Source: Zygnema circumcarinatum SAG 698-1b
Lineage: Eukaryota > Plantae > Zygnematophyceae
Length of the DNA stretch: 64,000 bases
Assembly (NCBI GenBank): GCA_037447605.1
Contig: CM074820.1
Location: forward strand, 1,426,001 to 1,490,000
Reading direction: 5' to 3'
The notes beneath the pieces were generated by a model. The model did not search any database. It was given only the letters and a program-made list of their open reading frames with translations, and had not been told where the DNA came from. This document shows, in pieces, positions 38,623 through 52,800 of the stretch. Made by a program: the position numbers and the translations under genes. Position 1 is the stretch's first letter. Every line of letters starts with the position of its first letter.

Positions 38623-41600
38623 ATGGCGGGCAGGTCGCCTGCTTGCAGCGTGCTCATGCTGGCAGCACTCTGCATGGCTGCGGGGTTTCAATACGTCTGG
38701 GCTGACTCAGAGGTTCGTACAAATGTCTCGACTTTCCCATAGTCCTTCTCTGTCCAAGCACAGAACCAAGCAGAATAAAGTTCGTTCCACCAGTTCCTCC
38801 TGTTATGTAATGCAGTTTGCTAAATGGTTGCAGGAAAACTTATATTAGCGCATCCTGGCATCCCGGTTCACGTTTCACAATGTGCTGTCTGGATTCTCGT
38901 TCCTTATGTGGTGTGTGTTCCAGGTTACGGATACTGCTTGCCGTCGATACTTGGTTCCCGCTCTCACCTCCAGAACTGGAGCCAGCAATCAGCTCATTGA
39001 ATTCGTCTCAGCTGCTGTGATAGCCCGAATTCTGAACCGCACGCTATGCGTCGCACCCTTCACAAAGGGACCCAACTTTCATCAGTGTAAGTCCCCTTTG
39101 TTCAATTCATTAAGTCAACAGTCTTCATGCTTACATGTTGTGGGACCATCTACAGCTTGGGTAAAGAATTTCTTCACTCGGACAATTACATGAAAGCATC
39201 AATGGCGCAGCCCATACGTTCTTGAGTGGGCTGTTCCCCCGGCTCTCCAAGTTTGTAGAACTGTTTGCATGGAAGTCATGATTCGGCTTCAAGCATCGGT
39301 GCAGGGTTTCTTCCATTCTCATGATCAAGGCAGTGAAGCCGCACTCCCGACCTAAGTTTGATTAGGATTCTTGTTCCCCTGACTTGATGCTGAGCATCTG
39401 CTGCTGAGTGATGAGATGATGAGGTTATCATCACGTGAGGCCATATCGAACCTTCCTCAAAGTGAACAAGATGATGTGTATTATAATGCTGGCACATTGT
39501 TTAGGGGGATACATCATTTGGAAACAGTTCAATGCTGGAGCAGAAGCACTTTTATCTTTACACGGGGAAAATAGTGAAACGAAGACATTATTATGAAATT
39601 AGTAGCGCTGATCGTTGTTTTTTTTGGGAGTTATGGGCAGTGCCAGGACAAGATGTCGTGCCGGATTTGGGAATACATGTGGGAGATCGCTATAACTTGA
39701 GCATGCTTGCACGCTTTGTGCCATTAGCCTCCTTAGAAGAGTGCATGTCAGCGGACGTTTGTGGAGGAAAGCTCGATATATTCTACAAGCTTAAAAGGAT
39801 GCGCTACGAAGACAGCTTTCAATGGGAATCAGTTGCTAATCAAACGGTAAGCTCACGTGATTTCCAGCCCTTGTTGAACCGCCAGTGTTGATCCACCTGA
39901 CCATGGACCACTGTGCAACATGGAGGCATTTGCTAGTTTGCTGAGTAGCAGACAGTTGTGTGTTCTGAAGCTTGCAAGGGAGTGGGCAGTTGGTAGTAGA
40001 ATTCACATTCCCTCACTTGTCGTGCCATGAGAGAGCATTACATGATTAAAACCAATTGCCAGATCGAGCGCAGAGAACTCTACCGCTATTGGAAGAACCC
40101 TTCCGACGTTGCTGCACTTTATGGCCCCGACCTGCGCTGCTGCATGGGGATGGGAGGCTTGTTTCCCGGCCTGCGATGGCGGGGGGCCTTTCTGGCTATG
40201 GGGGCATTCTTGCAGCACACAGACATGGTGATTGAAACAGCAAAGAAAATGAGGATGCTTGCTTTCGGATCGATGGAGTCATATGTTGCAGGTGTGTTTC
40301 ACGTTCTTTACACTTTCATGCGTGAGTTTGAAGCAAGCTGAAGTTCATTAATTTCTACACGTTGGGAAGAAAGTGTGAGAAAATCTTTATATGTTCGAGT
40401 TGGGTATCAAGGAAAACCGTTGGCCTTTTGAGAACGAAGATTGGGGATACAACAGTGAGGTGGAGTTAAACTCTTTGTCGGAAGACGTTATTCTTCTTCA
40501 TCTAATGTTGGGACCCTTAGTGAAATTGTGATCGAGCTCAGAAACACTCTTCTTTCTCTTAATGCGCAGTGCATTGGCGATTCTGGGAGGCCGGCTGCCA
40601 TAGACATGGGGTTGGCCTCTGCTTCCTTCGCTGCACCTTAGGAGCAAATCCTGCTGCACCTGAGATTCCCTCTTTAAACCCCATATGGCAGAATGGTAGC
40701 AGCTGTGGAGGTACATGACACACCGACCAGTCAACATTCTTGAATTGTAGTTTACTACCTTGCATTGCCTGTTTGTTTGCTGTGACTCTGGGTGGTTGTA
40801 AGAGTGTTCAAATATCATTCTATGTGTTAACCTGAAACTTCAATAGCCAATAGTAACTGACACTGTGAAGCTTCTGGCAGGGCAGGAATCGCATTATGGA
40901 GTGAAGGTGGACCTTCGAGATATCGCAGCGGCTGTGCTTGAGGTTGCGGAAAGGGCAAAAACTACAGCTGTGTGGTTGGCCACGGATGGCTGGTTACGAG
41001 AAGGAGGGTGCAATCTAATTGCTCAGGTGAGCTGTGAGCAGTTTTATGTATGGAACAGACTATGAAAACTGTAGGCTGCCTACCCTAGGAGACGATGGTT
41101 TAAAAAACGTTTTTCTCAGTAAGAAATGAGCGTTTTTCGGCATACCCAGTATCATCACGATTCTTGATCTTGTAACATTCTTACTGTCACTGGGGAAATC
41201 CGTCGCCGTTTCTGGATGCCTTGCAGGTCGTGACGGAATTGAGACGTCGGAACTTGAGAGTGGCGGGTTTGTGGCGATGTGATGTGCCCGGCTTTGCGGA
41301 CACACCCACCCCAGACAACATTGAGATAGGAAAAATGATGGGGCTTGGCCCAGATCAGTGGGCGGTAAGGGGTGCATCATATCCCTCTTGAATTTGCTTC
41401 GAATTTGAACTACGGACGTCCCTTTTTCTTCCTTTCTAGCCATTCTCCTTTCTCAATTGTCTGTTGCGGCGGGCGAGACGAGTCTGCGTGATGGGTTCTT
41501 CGTTGTGTTGTTTCTAGAGGTGAAGCCGAGTTGGTTGCTTCCCTGTCCTAATCTGATCTGCAGCAAGGTGGGTGGGTGGTGGGTCACAGTTGGGCAACCA

Positions 41601-41988
41601 CATGGTCTCCATCTTGGAGCAGGAGATGTGCATCCAGTCGGCGGTGTTCCTGGGGACCGGCGTGTCCTCGTGGAGCGTCGCCGTGCACCGCCACCGCCTC
41701 GCCGCGAGGAGGGCGGAGCAGCTCGCACGGGAGAGGGGGTGGGAGGGGGAGAAGGAGGGGGAGGAGGGGGAGGAGGAGAGGAGACGCCGCGACGATCTGC
41801 TCGTCGAGGACCTCCTCAAAGATGACTACTCGGCAGGGGTCTTGTGTGTTCAACAGAGGGAGCAGGCATATCATCACTTTGGGAGGAGGGAGAGGCTGGA
41901 GGATGACATTGATGCATGGCTGGATAACATGGCGTGTGAAGGGCGAGAAGGGAAAGGGGGGAATTGTTCGTTGGCAATATGTTTCTGA
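38623..41988 (+). CDS. O-fucosyltransferase-like glycosyltransferase (paralog B)
   Basis: Signal peptide MAGRSPACSVLMLAALCMAAG. Motifs GASNQLIEFVSAAVIARILNRTLCV, VHWRFWE, VWLATD and LEQEMCIQSAVFLGTGVSSWS. Exon-for-exon paralog of A. Confidence 0.78.
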
Positions 41989-42564
41989 GCAGGCAGAGTG
42001 CATGGAAGGGAGGGGGAGATGGAGTGGGAGCATGTACAAAGCCAAAATCTTTAATTTATCTTTTTCTTAACCTGTTCGGTTTTACGGTACATGACGTTTC
42101 CGAATCATCACCTGCAGGTACAGGCGTTCACATGCAGTCTTAATTCTGTAGTCTGAAACTGAGCAGGTGCTGGTAGCTGTCAGGGCAAGCTGCTCCCCTT
42201 AGAGAGGAGGTCATAGAGATGGTCATAGGAGCTTAGAGACTCAGTGTATGGACCGGGTCGAGAAAGAGAGAGGGCGGTGGGGGGCGGGGGGGGTTGGGGT
42301 TGGGAGGATACATGAAATCAGAGTGGCTTCAGTTGACAGTGTTTTAATCATTTTTGTCTTATCACTTGTTTATTTAAAAAATGAAAGCGACTTAGAAAAA
42401 CTCTTTCATTTGTTTGTCCACAACCTCTGCTGTGTTTAGGTGCACCGTGGTTTACAGAGTTTTTTGAAGGTAAAGACTTTTTGTACAGTGAATTCACGGG
42501 CCCCGTTTCCGAGGAAGGAATCATATAACCGACAAACTGATAGCTAACAAAACCAATTTACATC

Positions 42565-43522
42565 TCAACCTTCAGAGACAATTTTCGCCCTCCCTCGAAG
42601 TCGTTTCCTTTCTATGAAATTTTCGCGCTGTGCGATCCAGCCATTGCGGGCACTCTGCAGGGTCGCCTGCTTCACTAGGAGCACCATCTCCCCCGCAGAG
42701 TCTGGACCGACCGGTAACTTGTACATCACGCAAACTGCTTCCGCCTCCTTTTCACTCTGCAAAACGCGCAATGATCTTTCCAAAATTAATAAGAATCTGT
42801 GAAAAGCCTAATTAAATAAGTACTAATTGGATGAACAAAAGAATTGAAAAACACTGCACTAGGAAACGGTGCATCAAGGAATAGAGAGGAAGAGAGAGGC
42901 GGGCGAGGGGGAGGGGGGGTGGGGAGAGAAGAGGGTAGGCGAGGAGAGAGGAGACCAGATGTTTGGAGAGGAGAGGGAGGGAGGGGGGAAGGGAGGGAGA
43001 GAGGCGAGGAAGGAAGTACAGAGGGGAATGCTCGAGCCCAAATGCAGAATGAGGATCGTTTGTGTTTAAAAAAGTACTTCGAGTAAGAGGAGGCCGGACA
43101 GGTCCTTGAGAGGGTACGGATGCGCCCGGTGGCACCCGCCGTTGATCATTTCCAGACTCATTTCTCTAACCTGCAATAATAAACAAATGAAGAAGAGAAA
43201 AGGATTCAAACTTGGAACAATGACGACCAGATAACTACAGTGCTCGTTTGGAAACGTTTTTGTTTGTTTTGTTTTTTCATCTGTTTGTTTTAAGGAATGG
43301 CGGTAACAACCGCCAACTTTATATGGTAACAAAGTTTGAGTGGAGCATGCATGAAGGGGGAAAGGGAATGTTTGGTATTTTTAGGGTTGGGTTCGGCAGG
43401 GGGACCTGGGGGAGGTGCAGACTGACGAGGCACGCCTGAAGGTAAGTCGCCTCTCGGGCCAACCGACAGAAGGAGAGGTAATTGCCTGCTAGGGAACACC
43501 TGGCCCTCAACCCTCACATTAA

Positions 43523-43571
<49 letters not shown>

Positions 43572-45873
43572 GAGTCTCTCTCTGACACACATCACAAACA
43601 AATAATATAAAAACTCACCTTCACCAATAAACGTAGGAGGGGAGAGATTGGGGGTTCGGGAGGAGGGAGGGGGGGATAGAGGGATAGAGAGAGAGGGAAC
43701 AGGAATGGGAGATAAGTGTGAAAGAAAGGGGAAGGGAAGAGAGAAGAGAGAGTGGCAGAGAATAGGGGAGAGGGGGGGAAGGGGGGTAGGTGGGGGGGGG
43801 GAGAGAGAGGGAGAGAGAGAGAGCGCGAGAGAGAGCGAGAGAGAGAGAGAGAAGAGATGAAGCACCTGATAAGCGCACGAGCGAATTTGACTTCAGGGTG
43901 CTTTAACACGGAGAGTCTCATATTCCGAAAGCACCAGCTGAGAGACGATGACTGCAGAAAAACAAAAAAAAAAAAATCCCACCTCCAACATTACACATCA
44001 AATATTCGTATCGAGCTTCATAATTGGTGACAGAGATACGAAAGAAAGCAAAACTTCTAGCAACTCAAACCCCCCCCTTGAAATCACCGTTACAAGCATT
44101 GTCCTAAGAATACCCAGTGTAGAAGAAAGACTTCAAAAAAACTCAAAAAAAAAATTGTAGTATGACTGAATTTCCTATAGAAGAAAACAGGCCGGACCTG
44201 GAATGAGCCCATTTGGAGGAGGAGGTGGTAACCCCACAGCTCTCCCTCCCGCGGGTCTCTCCTTCCTTGGGAAGCTTCGCTCTCCATGAGGGCCAACAAG
44301 GTGGTGAGGGCCTTGGACAGCTGTTCCATGTTCAAGTGGCCGTTCAGTTGAACGGAAGACGGACCGTTCTTTGCCCCATCGCAGAGTTCATAAGCTGCCA
44401 ATATATGGAAGCGCACCTGCCAGCAGATAATTTCAGACATTCGCAGGGCTTCTAATGTCATTCTCTCACTCTCTCCCTCTCTCTCCTCCCTCTCTCTCTC
44501 GTCTTCTCCTCTCTCTTTGTCTCTCTCTCTCGCTCTCAAAAAGCAGTGAACATAAGTTTTACAGACAAATAATGAGCTTACAATGGGTACATATATGTCT
44601 ATTGCTTCCTGTCCTCCGATCCGTTGCATTGCCAGCTCCTGTCGCACGGATCGAGTCCGATCAAATACAAAATTATAAATTTCTGCAAAGGAAATATCTG
44701 CTCTGTCAAGAAGGCCGATGAGATGCTTCATCGTCCGCTGCAGAACTGGAAGAGGTCGAATTTCGGAACATCTTAAGGAGGCTCCCGACATAGTACGCGA
44801 AAACTGCTCCAACAAAAAAGGAGCAGGGAATTTTAGAGCTGTTTTTTTCTATTCGATTAAAGCTCCGAATCTATAGGCTTTTTTAGGTTTTAATGCGTTG
44901 GCCTGTTTAAGCTTTTTGCAGTTTAGGAAGTAGAGAAAGTTAGAAGAGGATTTGAGGTGAGATTGGAGGGACAGTATGATAAAGAGCAAAAATGAGGGGT
45001 AGGACAATGGAAAAGAAATGTCCCCCTTGAGAAGCCAAGGAAATACTTTTTTCACCGCCAAGTCTTTGGAGATTTTATGGTTTCTGGTGGAGCCGGGCAG
45101 CCGCTCAAAAATGGAAATATCCTGCAAGCGCTCCCTGAGTTCTCGCTCTGCGGCTGTTCCGTTGAACCCACAAATTTTTAAAATTAAAAAGTTGCAGACT
45201 ACGAGTCTCAACTTATTTCAGAAGTTCCCATGCATGCTTCAACTAAAATCTTCAAGTCTCTCCTGCACTCTCTCCTCCACTTACACATTCAGGCTCCCCC
45301 TCCCTCCTTTCATCCCCCCCTCCACACTCGTCTCTTTCTCTTCTCTCCCTTCCTCTTCTTTCTCCTCATCTCACTCCTATTCAACAGCAATTAATCAGTT
45401 CATGTTTCACATCTTTAGGGTAAAGTTTCTCCATTCATGATTGCTTCAGTTTTCACCACTACAGGGTATTATGGGGTATCAAATTCCATAGCCTCTACGA
45501 TTGGAAGCTCTCCCGAGTTCGTAGGATCCTTCAATGGTTTCAAATAGTCTAAGGCTTCAAACTACGATCTTTTCGAAAGGTTATAACTCACCCTTCACAT
45601 CCTAGGATTGTCTTCTGCGTCAAATATGACAAGTTTTTAACGGTTTAAGGTACCTTATGGCTCAAAGCCTTCCATAATTCAGGTTCGCATTGTTCGGTTC
45701 GCATAGTTTTAGAGTTTTAGTTCGGATTTACGGTTCAAACCCTAACATTTCGAAAGAATATTGGGGTTTCAGAAATTTTAGAGTTCAGAAATGCACAAGC
45801 TGCTTCCCCCACCTGGACACATGTCAGGGCACGTCCCCACCATCCATGGCGTCCCAATCCACTCCTCCTCCAT
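42565..45873 (-). CDS. SAC3C: SAC3/GANP/THP3 family protein (SAC3C-like)
   Basis: Exon peptides in order: MVGTCPDMCP, AERELRERLQDISIFERL...LAVKK, FSRT...EIRPLPVLQRT...FVFDRTRSVRQEL, VRFHI...HLNMEQLSKAL, KHPEVKFARALIR, GNYLSF...ATYLQAC, VREMSLEMINGG...PYPL, EAVCVMYKL...VKQATL. Confidence 0.92.
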
Positions 45874-46135
45874 GCGGCGCTTCCTCCACAGAGCCTCTCC
45901 GCCTCTCTGAAACCTCAATTCCCAATCCTTGAACCCTAATCCCAACCCTAACCCTAAATTTGAAACCCTAAAAGCCAGGCCGTCAGCATCCCCCCCCACC
46001 ACAACCTCTCCCCCCGTTCCCCTCCCTCTCCCCCACCCCCCCGATCTAACTCCACCGCTGCCACGTGGCTTCCTCTACTTCTCGCCGTAAGGTATCCCCA
46101 ACGCGGACCGCTGCTGAGGCGCCACGTGGCGAGCT
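45874..46135. promoter_or_regulatory. Putative bidirectional promoter for SAC3C and MED7, with telo-boxes and two palindromic G-boxes
   Basis: 262 bp between the divergent ATGs; AAACCCTA at 45963 plus AACCCTAA variants; GCCACGTGGC at 46060 and 46121. Confidence 0.7.
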
Positions 46136-49126
46136 ATGGCGGCCTCGGCGTACCCCCCCCCTCCCCCCTTCTACCGCCTCTACGCCGCCAGCGGCGATGG
46201 CAGCGCTGGGAGTCCTCCGCTGCCTCCTCCGCCTCTGGAGGGCTCCTACACGCTCTTTGGCGCGGAGTACACGGTGAGCTCTGCCGTCTTGATCATTGAT
46301 GCTGCTGCTGCTGCTGCTGCTGCTCTGCTCTGAAGAAACCCGAAAAGTTCTAGAATTAGGGCTTGGATTAAGATTAGGGCTAGGATTAGGGTTAGAGTAA
46401 GGGTGACACCTGGTCTCCTCTGTGACCTTGGGCTTCTGAAGCTTCTCAGATATTGGATTTCGGTGATTTTAGAGTTTACGTAAGGTTTTACGAGTTTGAG
46501 AGTTTCAGATTTTTTAGGGTTGTCGACCACACGATTCAAGAATTAGGTTATTGATCACACAACAATAGCAAAGAGCAATGGCTGTTAAAGCATAGCTTTT
46601 GGATATTGAAAGTATAATTGCCCCCAGTACCATATTAATGCAATCTTCGATTATATAGGGAACAGAAACCCTCAGAATACGATAGGCTGCTTATCTGCAC
46701 GCACGTTTTTGAGAAAATTGTAATCTTAATGGAGGTCTTTGTTTCTCCTTCTATGGAGCGGAGCAGACCGAAGATGCGCTGCCGGGCTTAGAGGAGCAAG
46801 GCGTTCGGCAGCTTTACCCTAAAGATGCGAAAATAGGTGAACCCTGATGAGGCTTGGGTGAGTGAGTTTCTGTATTCTTCTTGAGTTTCTGGCGTGTGCT
46901 ATCAGAAGGCTGCAAGGGTGAAATGCGTCTCCTTTTTGTTGCACGCCTCTTGAAAGATAATTCCATTTACTCAATGCTTTTTCTCGAAGAAGATTTCCAG
47001 GCGAGCGTGTCAGTCCTTTCCTTTACTTTGATTGCTGTGACATGGGAGGTAGGTGTTTTGCAAACTCGTATCGCGATTTAGATATCCTTTCAGAACTCCT
47101 GACACCTTAATGGTTCTTGTAAAATTGGAAGTTTGACAACGTCTGATTTCGTCAAGAACGACTACAACTGTAAAGCCTGAAGCATTCAGTGTTCCGTGTG
47201 TTGTACAGTTTCGCGACTACTTTTGAGTTTTTTATTTTCGCTGAAACCCTGGAAAAGTCCAACCATTGAAAGCACATAAACAACCGATCTTTACAGTCCA
47301 AACATCTAAGAAATGGGTGAACAACGGTGTAAAATCCTTGAATCCTCCAATTTCTTCCCTATCTGACCATGGACAAGCTTCGAAACCCTTAGAAGCCTTA
47401 AGGTCTGGAAAGATTTGCGGAGGTTAGCTCACGTCCAACCTTGGACTATTATACTGCACTCCTCCTCCTCCCCTCCTCCCCTCTCCTCCCTTCCTGCTCC
47501 GCTTTCCCCGCTCCCTTCTCCTCCTCCCTCCCATCCCTCCCTTTCGCCCTCCTCCCCCCACACAACCTCTCCCCCCCCCCCCCGTTTCTCTCCTCCACCC
47601 GCCTTCACCTCCATCCTCTCCATCCCCCCTCCTTTCCCTCCCCCCTCCCTCCCTTTTCCCCTCCCCCCTCCTTCCCCCCCTTCTCCCCTCCAACCTCCCA
47701 CCTCCCCCTCGCCCCACTCCCTCCTCCCCTCCCCCCTCCTTCCCCCCCCTTCTCCCCTCCACCCTCCCCCACCTCCCTCCTTCCCCACTCCCTCCCTCCC
47801 TCTCCTTCCCTCCCCATCCCCCCCTCCCCCCTCCCCCCCCATCACCTCCCCCCTCCTCCCCTCTCCTCCCTTCCTGCTCCGCTTTCCCCGCTCCCTTCTC
47901 CTCCTCCTCCTCCTCCTCCTCCTCCTCCTCCTCCTCCTCCTCCTCCTCCTCCTCCTCCTCCTCCCTCCCTCTCTCCCTTCCCTCAACCACTCCCTCCCTT
48001 CGCAGATGTGAAGCAGGAGCTGCGGCGGTTGGGACGTGAGATAGTGGTGGAGGTGGTGGAGCTAACGGACTCCCTCGTGCAGCGACCCTCCCAGTTCGCG
48101 CGGCGAGTGGAGGACCTCGGCCTGCTCTTCAAGAACGCGCATCACCTGCTCAACTCGCTGCGCCCCCACCAGGTGAGTGCGCCTACCGCGGCTGGGGGCA
48201 CGTTGGAGAGCGCTAAGAGCACAGCCATGGTTGAAGGAACGGAGGGTTCGGATGCTGAACGGCTGCAGAAGACGGTTTGGGTGGGGGGGGGGGGGGGGNN
48301 NNNNNNNNGGGGGGGGGGGGGGGGGGGGAGAAGTTTTTTTAAAGCTGCTCGCTGTGTGAATTTTGGAAGTTGAATGGGTGGAGTGGTTTAAGAAAAATGG
48401 GGTGTTGTTGGGGTGGCATGGAAACAGGCGAGGGCTACGCTGATTCATGTTTTGGAGCTGCAGATCGAGCAGAGGAAGAAGGCAATCGCTGACATTCAGC
48501 AGTAGGGACCCTCCTATCATTGCCTGAAATTGTTGCTGTTTTCCGACGGGAAGCATGCCATCTTGATCGCAGTTTTGCCATGAATATGAGGCTTGTTTTC
48601 GTGGCCTGCAGAAACAAGAAATCGTATAAGAAGATCTCTAATATTCGCTGAAATTCGAATGGATAGGGATAGGGGCATAAGCCAGGTCAGCATTCACCAA
48701 TCGGAAGCGGAAAATTTTAGGGCTTGTTGGGGTTTTTTGTACTGTTTTTCTCATTGGTGGGGGGGTCCTGAACTGACTTATGCCTCTATCTTCCTGACTT
48801 CTGCCCCTATTCTAACCCAATCCGAATCCCCATATTTGGGCCAAAAAACTCAAGCTCAGTGCGAGAGAGAGAGAGAGAGAGAGAGAGGGGGTAGATTTGG
48901 GCTGACGGTTTTTTGCTTTATGGGTGATTGCAGGCGTCGAAAAGAGGCGCGAGATCTTCGGCACGTGGCGCTCTCTGATCTCGTGAAGCGCATGCAGCAC
49001 ATGGACGCTCAGGATGCGCCGTCGGAGGCGCAGCCATACATGGACTATGGGCAGCAGCATGGGGGCGCGGAGGACATGGGGGGGGGGCATGAAGCCATGG
49101 GCATGCATGGCCTGCACTACCAGTAG
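46136..49126 (+). CDS. MED7: Mediator subunit 7
   Basis: Exon peptides in order: MAASAYPPPPPFYRLY...YTLFG, TEDALPGLEEQGVRQLYP, DVKQELRRL...RVEDLGLLFKNAHHLLNSLRPHQ, ARATLIHVLELQIEQRKKAI, and a final exon ending at TAG 49126. Confidence 0.94.
47455..47995. repeat. Polypyrimidine tract in MED7 intron 2, bracketed by a direct repeat of about 55 bp and ending in (CCT)n
   Basis: CCTCCTCCCCTCTCCTCCCTTCCTGCTCCGCTTTCCCCGCTCCCTTCTCC occurs at about 47472 and 47853. Confidence 0.85.
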
Positions 49127-49885
49127 GCCCGGCACAATGCACCTTCAATAGGAAGCAAGGGCAGCGCTTGTTAGTACGGTACCTCCAACTTGAGGTGAAT
49201 CTCTTTTCTAGAATTAGGGCGAGTAGGGTCAGATGCGAGTGTACATAAATTTCTCAAAGTTGATGTGGTCGTTTGCGCTATGCCTTGTGAGGTCGTGATG
49301 GAGAGAGAACCTCTCTCTCTATCTCCTTCCTAGGGAATGTTGTTGATTTCTGAGCGGTGCAGAACCATGCGAGACTCATGCATTGTTGACACCATCCCCG
49401 GGCGGCAAAGCGAATTCCATGACTATGCCCGAATGTCAGACGTCAAGGAATCCATTCAAGTTAGAAAGTGTGAATAAAACCAGTCCCTGTTCGCACTGTG
49501 CGAACACGATCGGCCGTTCGAGTTTGGTTAAATTGGTGTGACGTGACATGACGTGACGTGATATCCTTGCATTCCATTGGTCCAATCCCAGGAGGTCTCC
49601 GTCACATGCTTGCAGTTCCGTGCCAGTTCAGACCCGTAACGATTAACAGAGAGCTACCTGGCTTTATGGCGTCATCGTGGGTCTTTATGGCTTTAACCAC
49701 CCCTTCTGCTTATCCAGTTACGCCGTGTAACTGGATGCATAGAACGCCTCCATTCTGTCGCCGCCGTTTTGCAGCCCTTTCCCCTCTCTCTCCCTCTCCT
49801 CCTCCCTCCTCCCCAGGTGGCAGGCCCTTAACCCTAACCCTAAATCCGGCCGGGAGGAAGCAGCGTCCCTCTTCCCCTGCCTGCC

Positions 49886-52800
49886 ATGGACGCTCTCGCG
49901 TCTCTATTCTCGCCGGTCGCACCTCAGCAGACTTTAATCAAGCATAGAACGCTCCCTTCGCAGAACCCCTTGCAGCAGCTTGCTTTTGAGAGCAGACGCC
50001 CATGCGCATGCAGCTGCAGGGCATGGGGGACCAATGAAACTTCCGCACGTGTGAGCGCCTCTTCTCTGCGACTAGAGTCTCCATGGCTTCCGTCAGAGTC
50101 TCCGTTGTCGTCATGTTCTCCGTTGGGAAGTACTGTGCTGCATGGATCGCCATCTTGGAGAAGGGTGGGAGAGGCTTGGAGGTGTGCGGCCTCTCCGTCG
50201 ACGAAGGGGAGAGAGAAAGAGACTGTGAAGGGAGGGGAGGAGAAGAGAAAGGGTTCCGCTAATGGCGCAGCGACACCTGGCCAAGGGGCTGGAAAGAAGG
50301 CGGCAGCTGGAGGGAAAGCAGGTGGCAGCAGGGGGTTCGGCAGTGCGGCACCTCCGAAGAAAGCGAATGCAGGTGAGAGGTTAAAGACTTCAAACGCTTG
50401 GAGGATTTTCTTTCTTTCCTTTCTTTAACGTGGAAATGCAGGGGCAGTGAAATGCTATTAGCCATTTTTTTTTGTCTGGGAGTGCGCATAAAAGTCACGC
50501 ACTTGCAGATTTGTCCATTAAGCATCCCATATTCCGGTAAATAAAAATCACTTAAGTTTGCATACGTTCAAGTGCTGGAGGCGCTGACGCACCTTCAGCG
50601 TATTTGGAGAGTGGGAAGGAAGCAAACAAAATGGGCGAGAGCGGGAAAGAGGGAGAAGCGGAAAGGCGGGAGAGAACGAATAAGAAATGCCGGGGGCGAG
50701 GGGAAGTAGGAAGAGGCGAGAGAGAGGGAAAGAGAGAGAGATCACCCTCTGTCCATCAGAGTACCAGCGTTACAACAATCATAGGAAACATTTGTCACCC
50801 GACCCCTCCAACAATCATGTCATAGAAAAGAAAAAGTAGAGTCATGGATTGGAAGTGGTCTGAAGTACTCCTTATATTCTCACAAACCAGGTAATGAGAC
50901 TGGATCCAGTCGAAAGGCATCCCCAGTTAGAGAAAAATCTGTAACTTTACTTTACAGCACATAGTCCATGCTGTTGTGTTATCCCTTCGTCCCTTTGCTC
51001 ACTTCTTCTCTGTCAATCGATTCATGCTTTTCGTGATGCACAAAAACCTCAAAATCTTCACAATCCAAATCATTTAAGAGAAGCGTAATTAGACCAAGTC
51101 ATGGCGATCAATGGCAGGCTTAGACGGAGCGACTTTGCTGCGACTTTCTCGGAAAGAGTGGGGGAAGCTTCAGGAAGAGGACAGCACGCGGCACTACATC
51201 ATCAGTGTGAAGAGGAAGGAGGGGCCCATGCTGGACTGGCTGCCTGTGGGATACTTGGCGCTGCTGGCGGAGGAGGAGGGCTCCGAGGCTGTGGCTATGG
51301 TACTGCCACATTTGAATAGGTGAGGCAATTGAGTTGTGAATTAGGGTACCAATACAAACTCTAACTTTCAAGGCTTCCCTTTCGGTTTTGCGGAAGTTGT
51401 AGGTTTCATTGATCTCAGATAAGAAGTGAAGTTTTATGTGTTTCATGATGCTGAAGGTTTCGTTTACTCAAACTCGTTGATAGTCTCATGCTTTCAAGTT
51501 GTAGTTATTGCATTTCTGCCGCATTTTAACCCGTGAGATCAGCCAGCTTAAAGTCTGATCAAGGAAGGCAAACTTCAATATTCTGAATATTGTTAGTGGT
51601 CTCTAGTTTGTGAACTTCACAGAGTTCAAGAACTTTGGACGTTCTGTATCTTTCATGAACCTAAGATTTCAAGATCACATCACTCCAGTATTGGATTGTA
51701 TTCAAGATTGTCGTAAATCCTAGGAAGGTTCCAAGCCCCACAATGCTCAAATTGTTCCTGTCCCTGAACTGGTTCAAAGTTCAGGCGCCCTCAACATTAA
51801 TCTGAGCAGAAACAGAAGTGCACTGGCTGACTGTTGCGGGCTGCAGGGAGGTCTTGGAATGTGCAAAGCTCTACTCCTCTCTTTTCGACAGCTGTCGCTG
51901 CAATGAGTATGTGCTCTCTATATCGCCTTTTGCCTGCCTCTCCTTTTGGTGTGGGTTGGGGGGTGGGGGGGGTCACTATGTTGTAGGGGGGAGAGATTCA
52001 TTATGAAGTTGTTAGTTTTAGTCAACCAGTTGGTGTGTCTTTGCATGCATGATACATCTGTTGCAGGCGAGGATAGGGACAGCGGGAGGGGGGGTTGGGG
52101 GGGGGGGGGGGGGGGNNNNNNNNNNGGGGGGGGGGAGGGAAAGAGAGAGAGTGGGGAAGTGGAAGAGAGGGGATTTGAAGGCTCTCATGTGAGGTGGTGT
52201 TGAATTCATGAATACAATTTTGTGTTGGTTATGCAAATGTCGACCTTCGTACGCTTAGAGTTAGGCTTGGAAATCCTTTTTTAGTTGAAACGGGCTCGAT
52301 GCATGTGCAGTTATATGCATACCTGCTTCTGAAGATCGAGTTCCAACTTTGTCATTGTCGACTTGTATTCTTTGCTTCTTCACAATCCTGATGTCCCTTT
52401 TGTTCTTTGTTTTTTGGCGGCAGTTTGGAGTATGCGTTTGAGCTGGAAGGAAATTTTCTGAAGAAGGAAATGGTGAAGCAGTATATGGATCAAGATGAGG
52501 CTCAGAATACGGAGAGCAAAGAGGTGCAGGAATGTCCCTATGCAGTGCTCGGCCTTGAAAAGGACGCCTCCTCCTCTCAGGTGAACCCAAAAAACTGAGT
52601 TTTTCGAAGTTTTTAACCCGTGAAAACCCTAAAATGAAGGCTTTAGCAGTCTATATTCTCCAAGAATCGGATCTCAGAAATGACAAACTGTGTCAATGGT
52701 TCATTTTTAAGGATTCGACGGTTGCTTGAGGGCTGTGTTTGATGTTTTGTTGACATTTTCCGAGTAAACAAAGGTAGTTCTTTTAGGAGGTATTGATGGG

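Noticed and set aside
47415-48011. Extensin-like Pro-rich and Gly/Glu-rich ORFs
   Set aside because: They lie in MED7 intron 2 and derive from a polypyrimidine tract.
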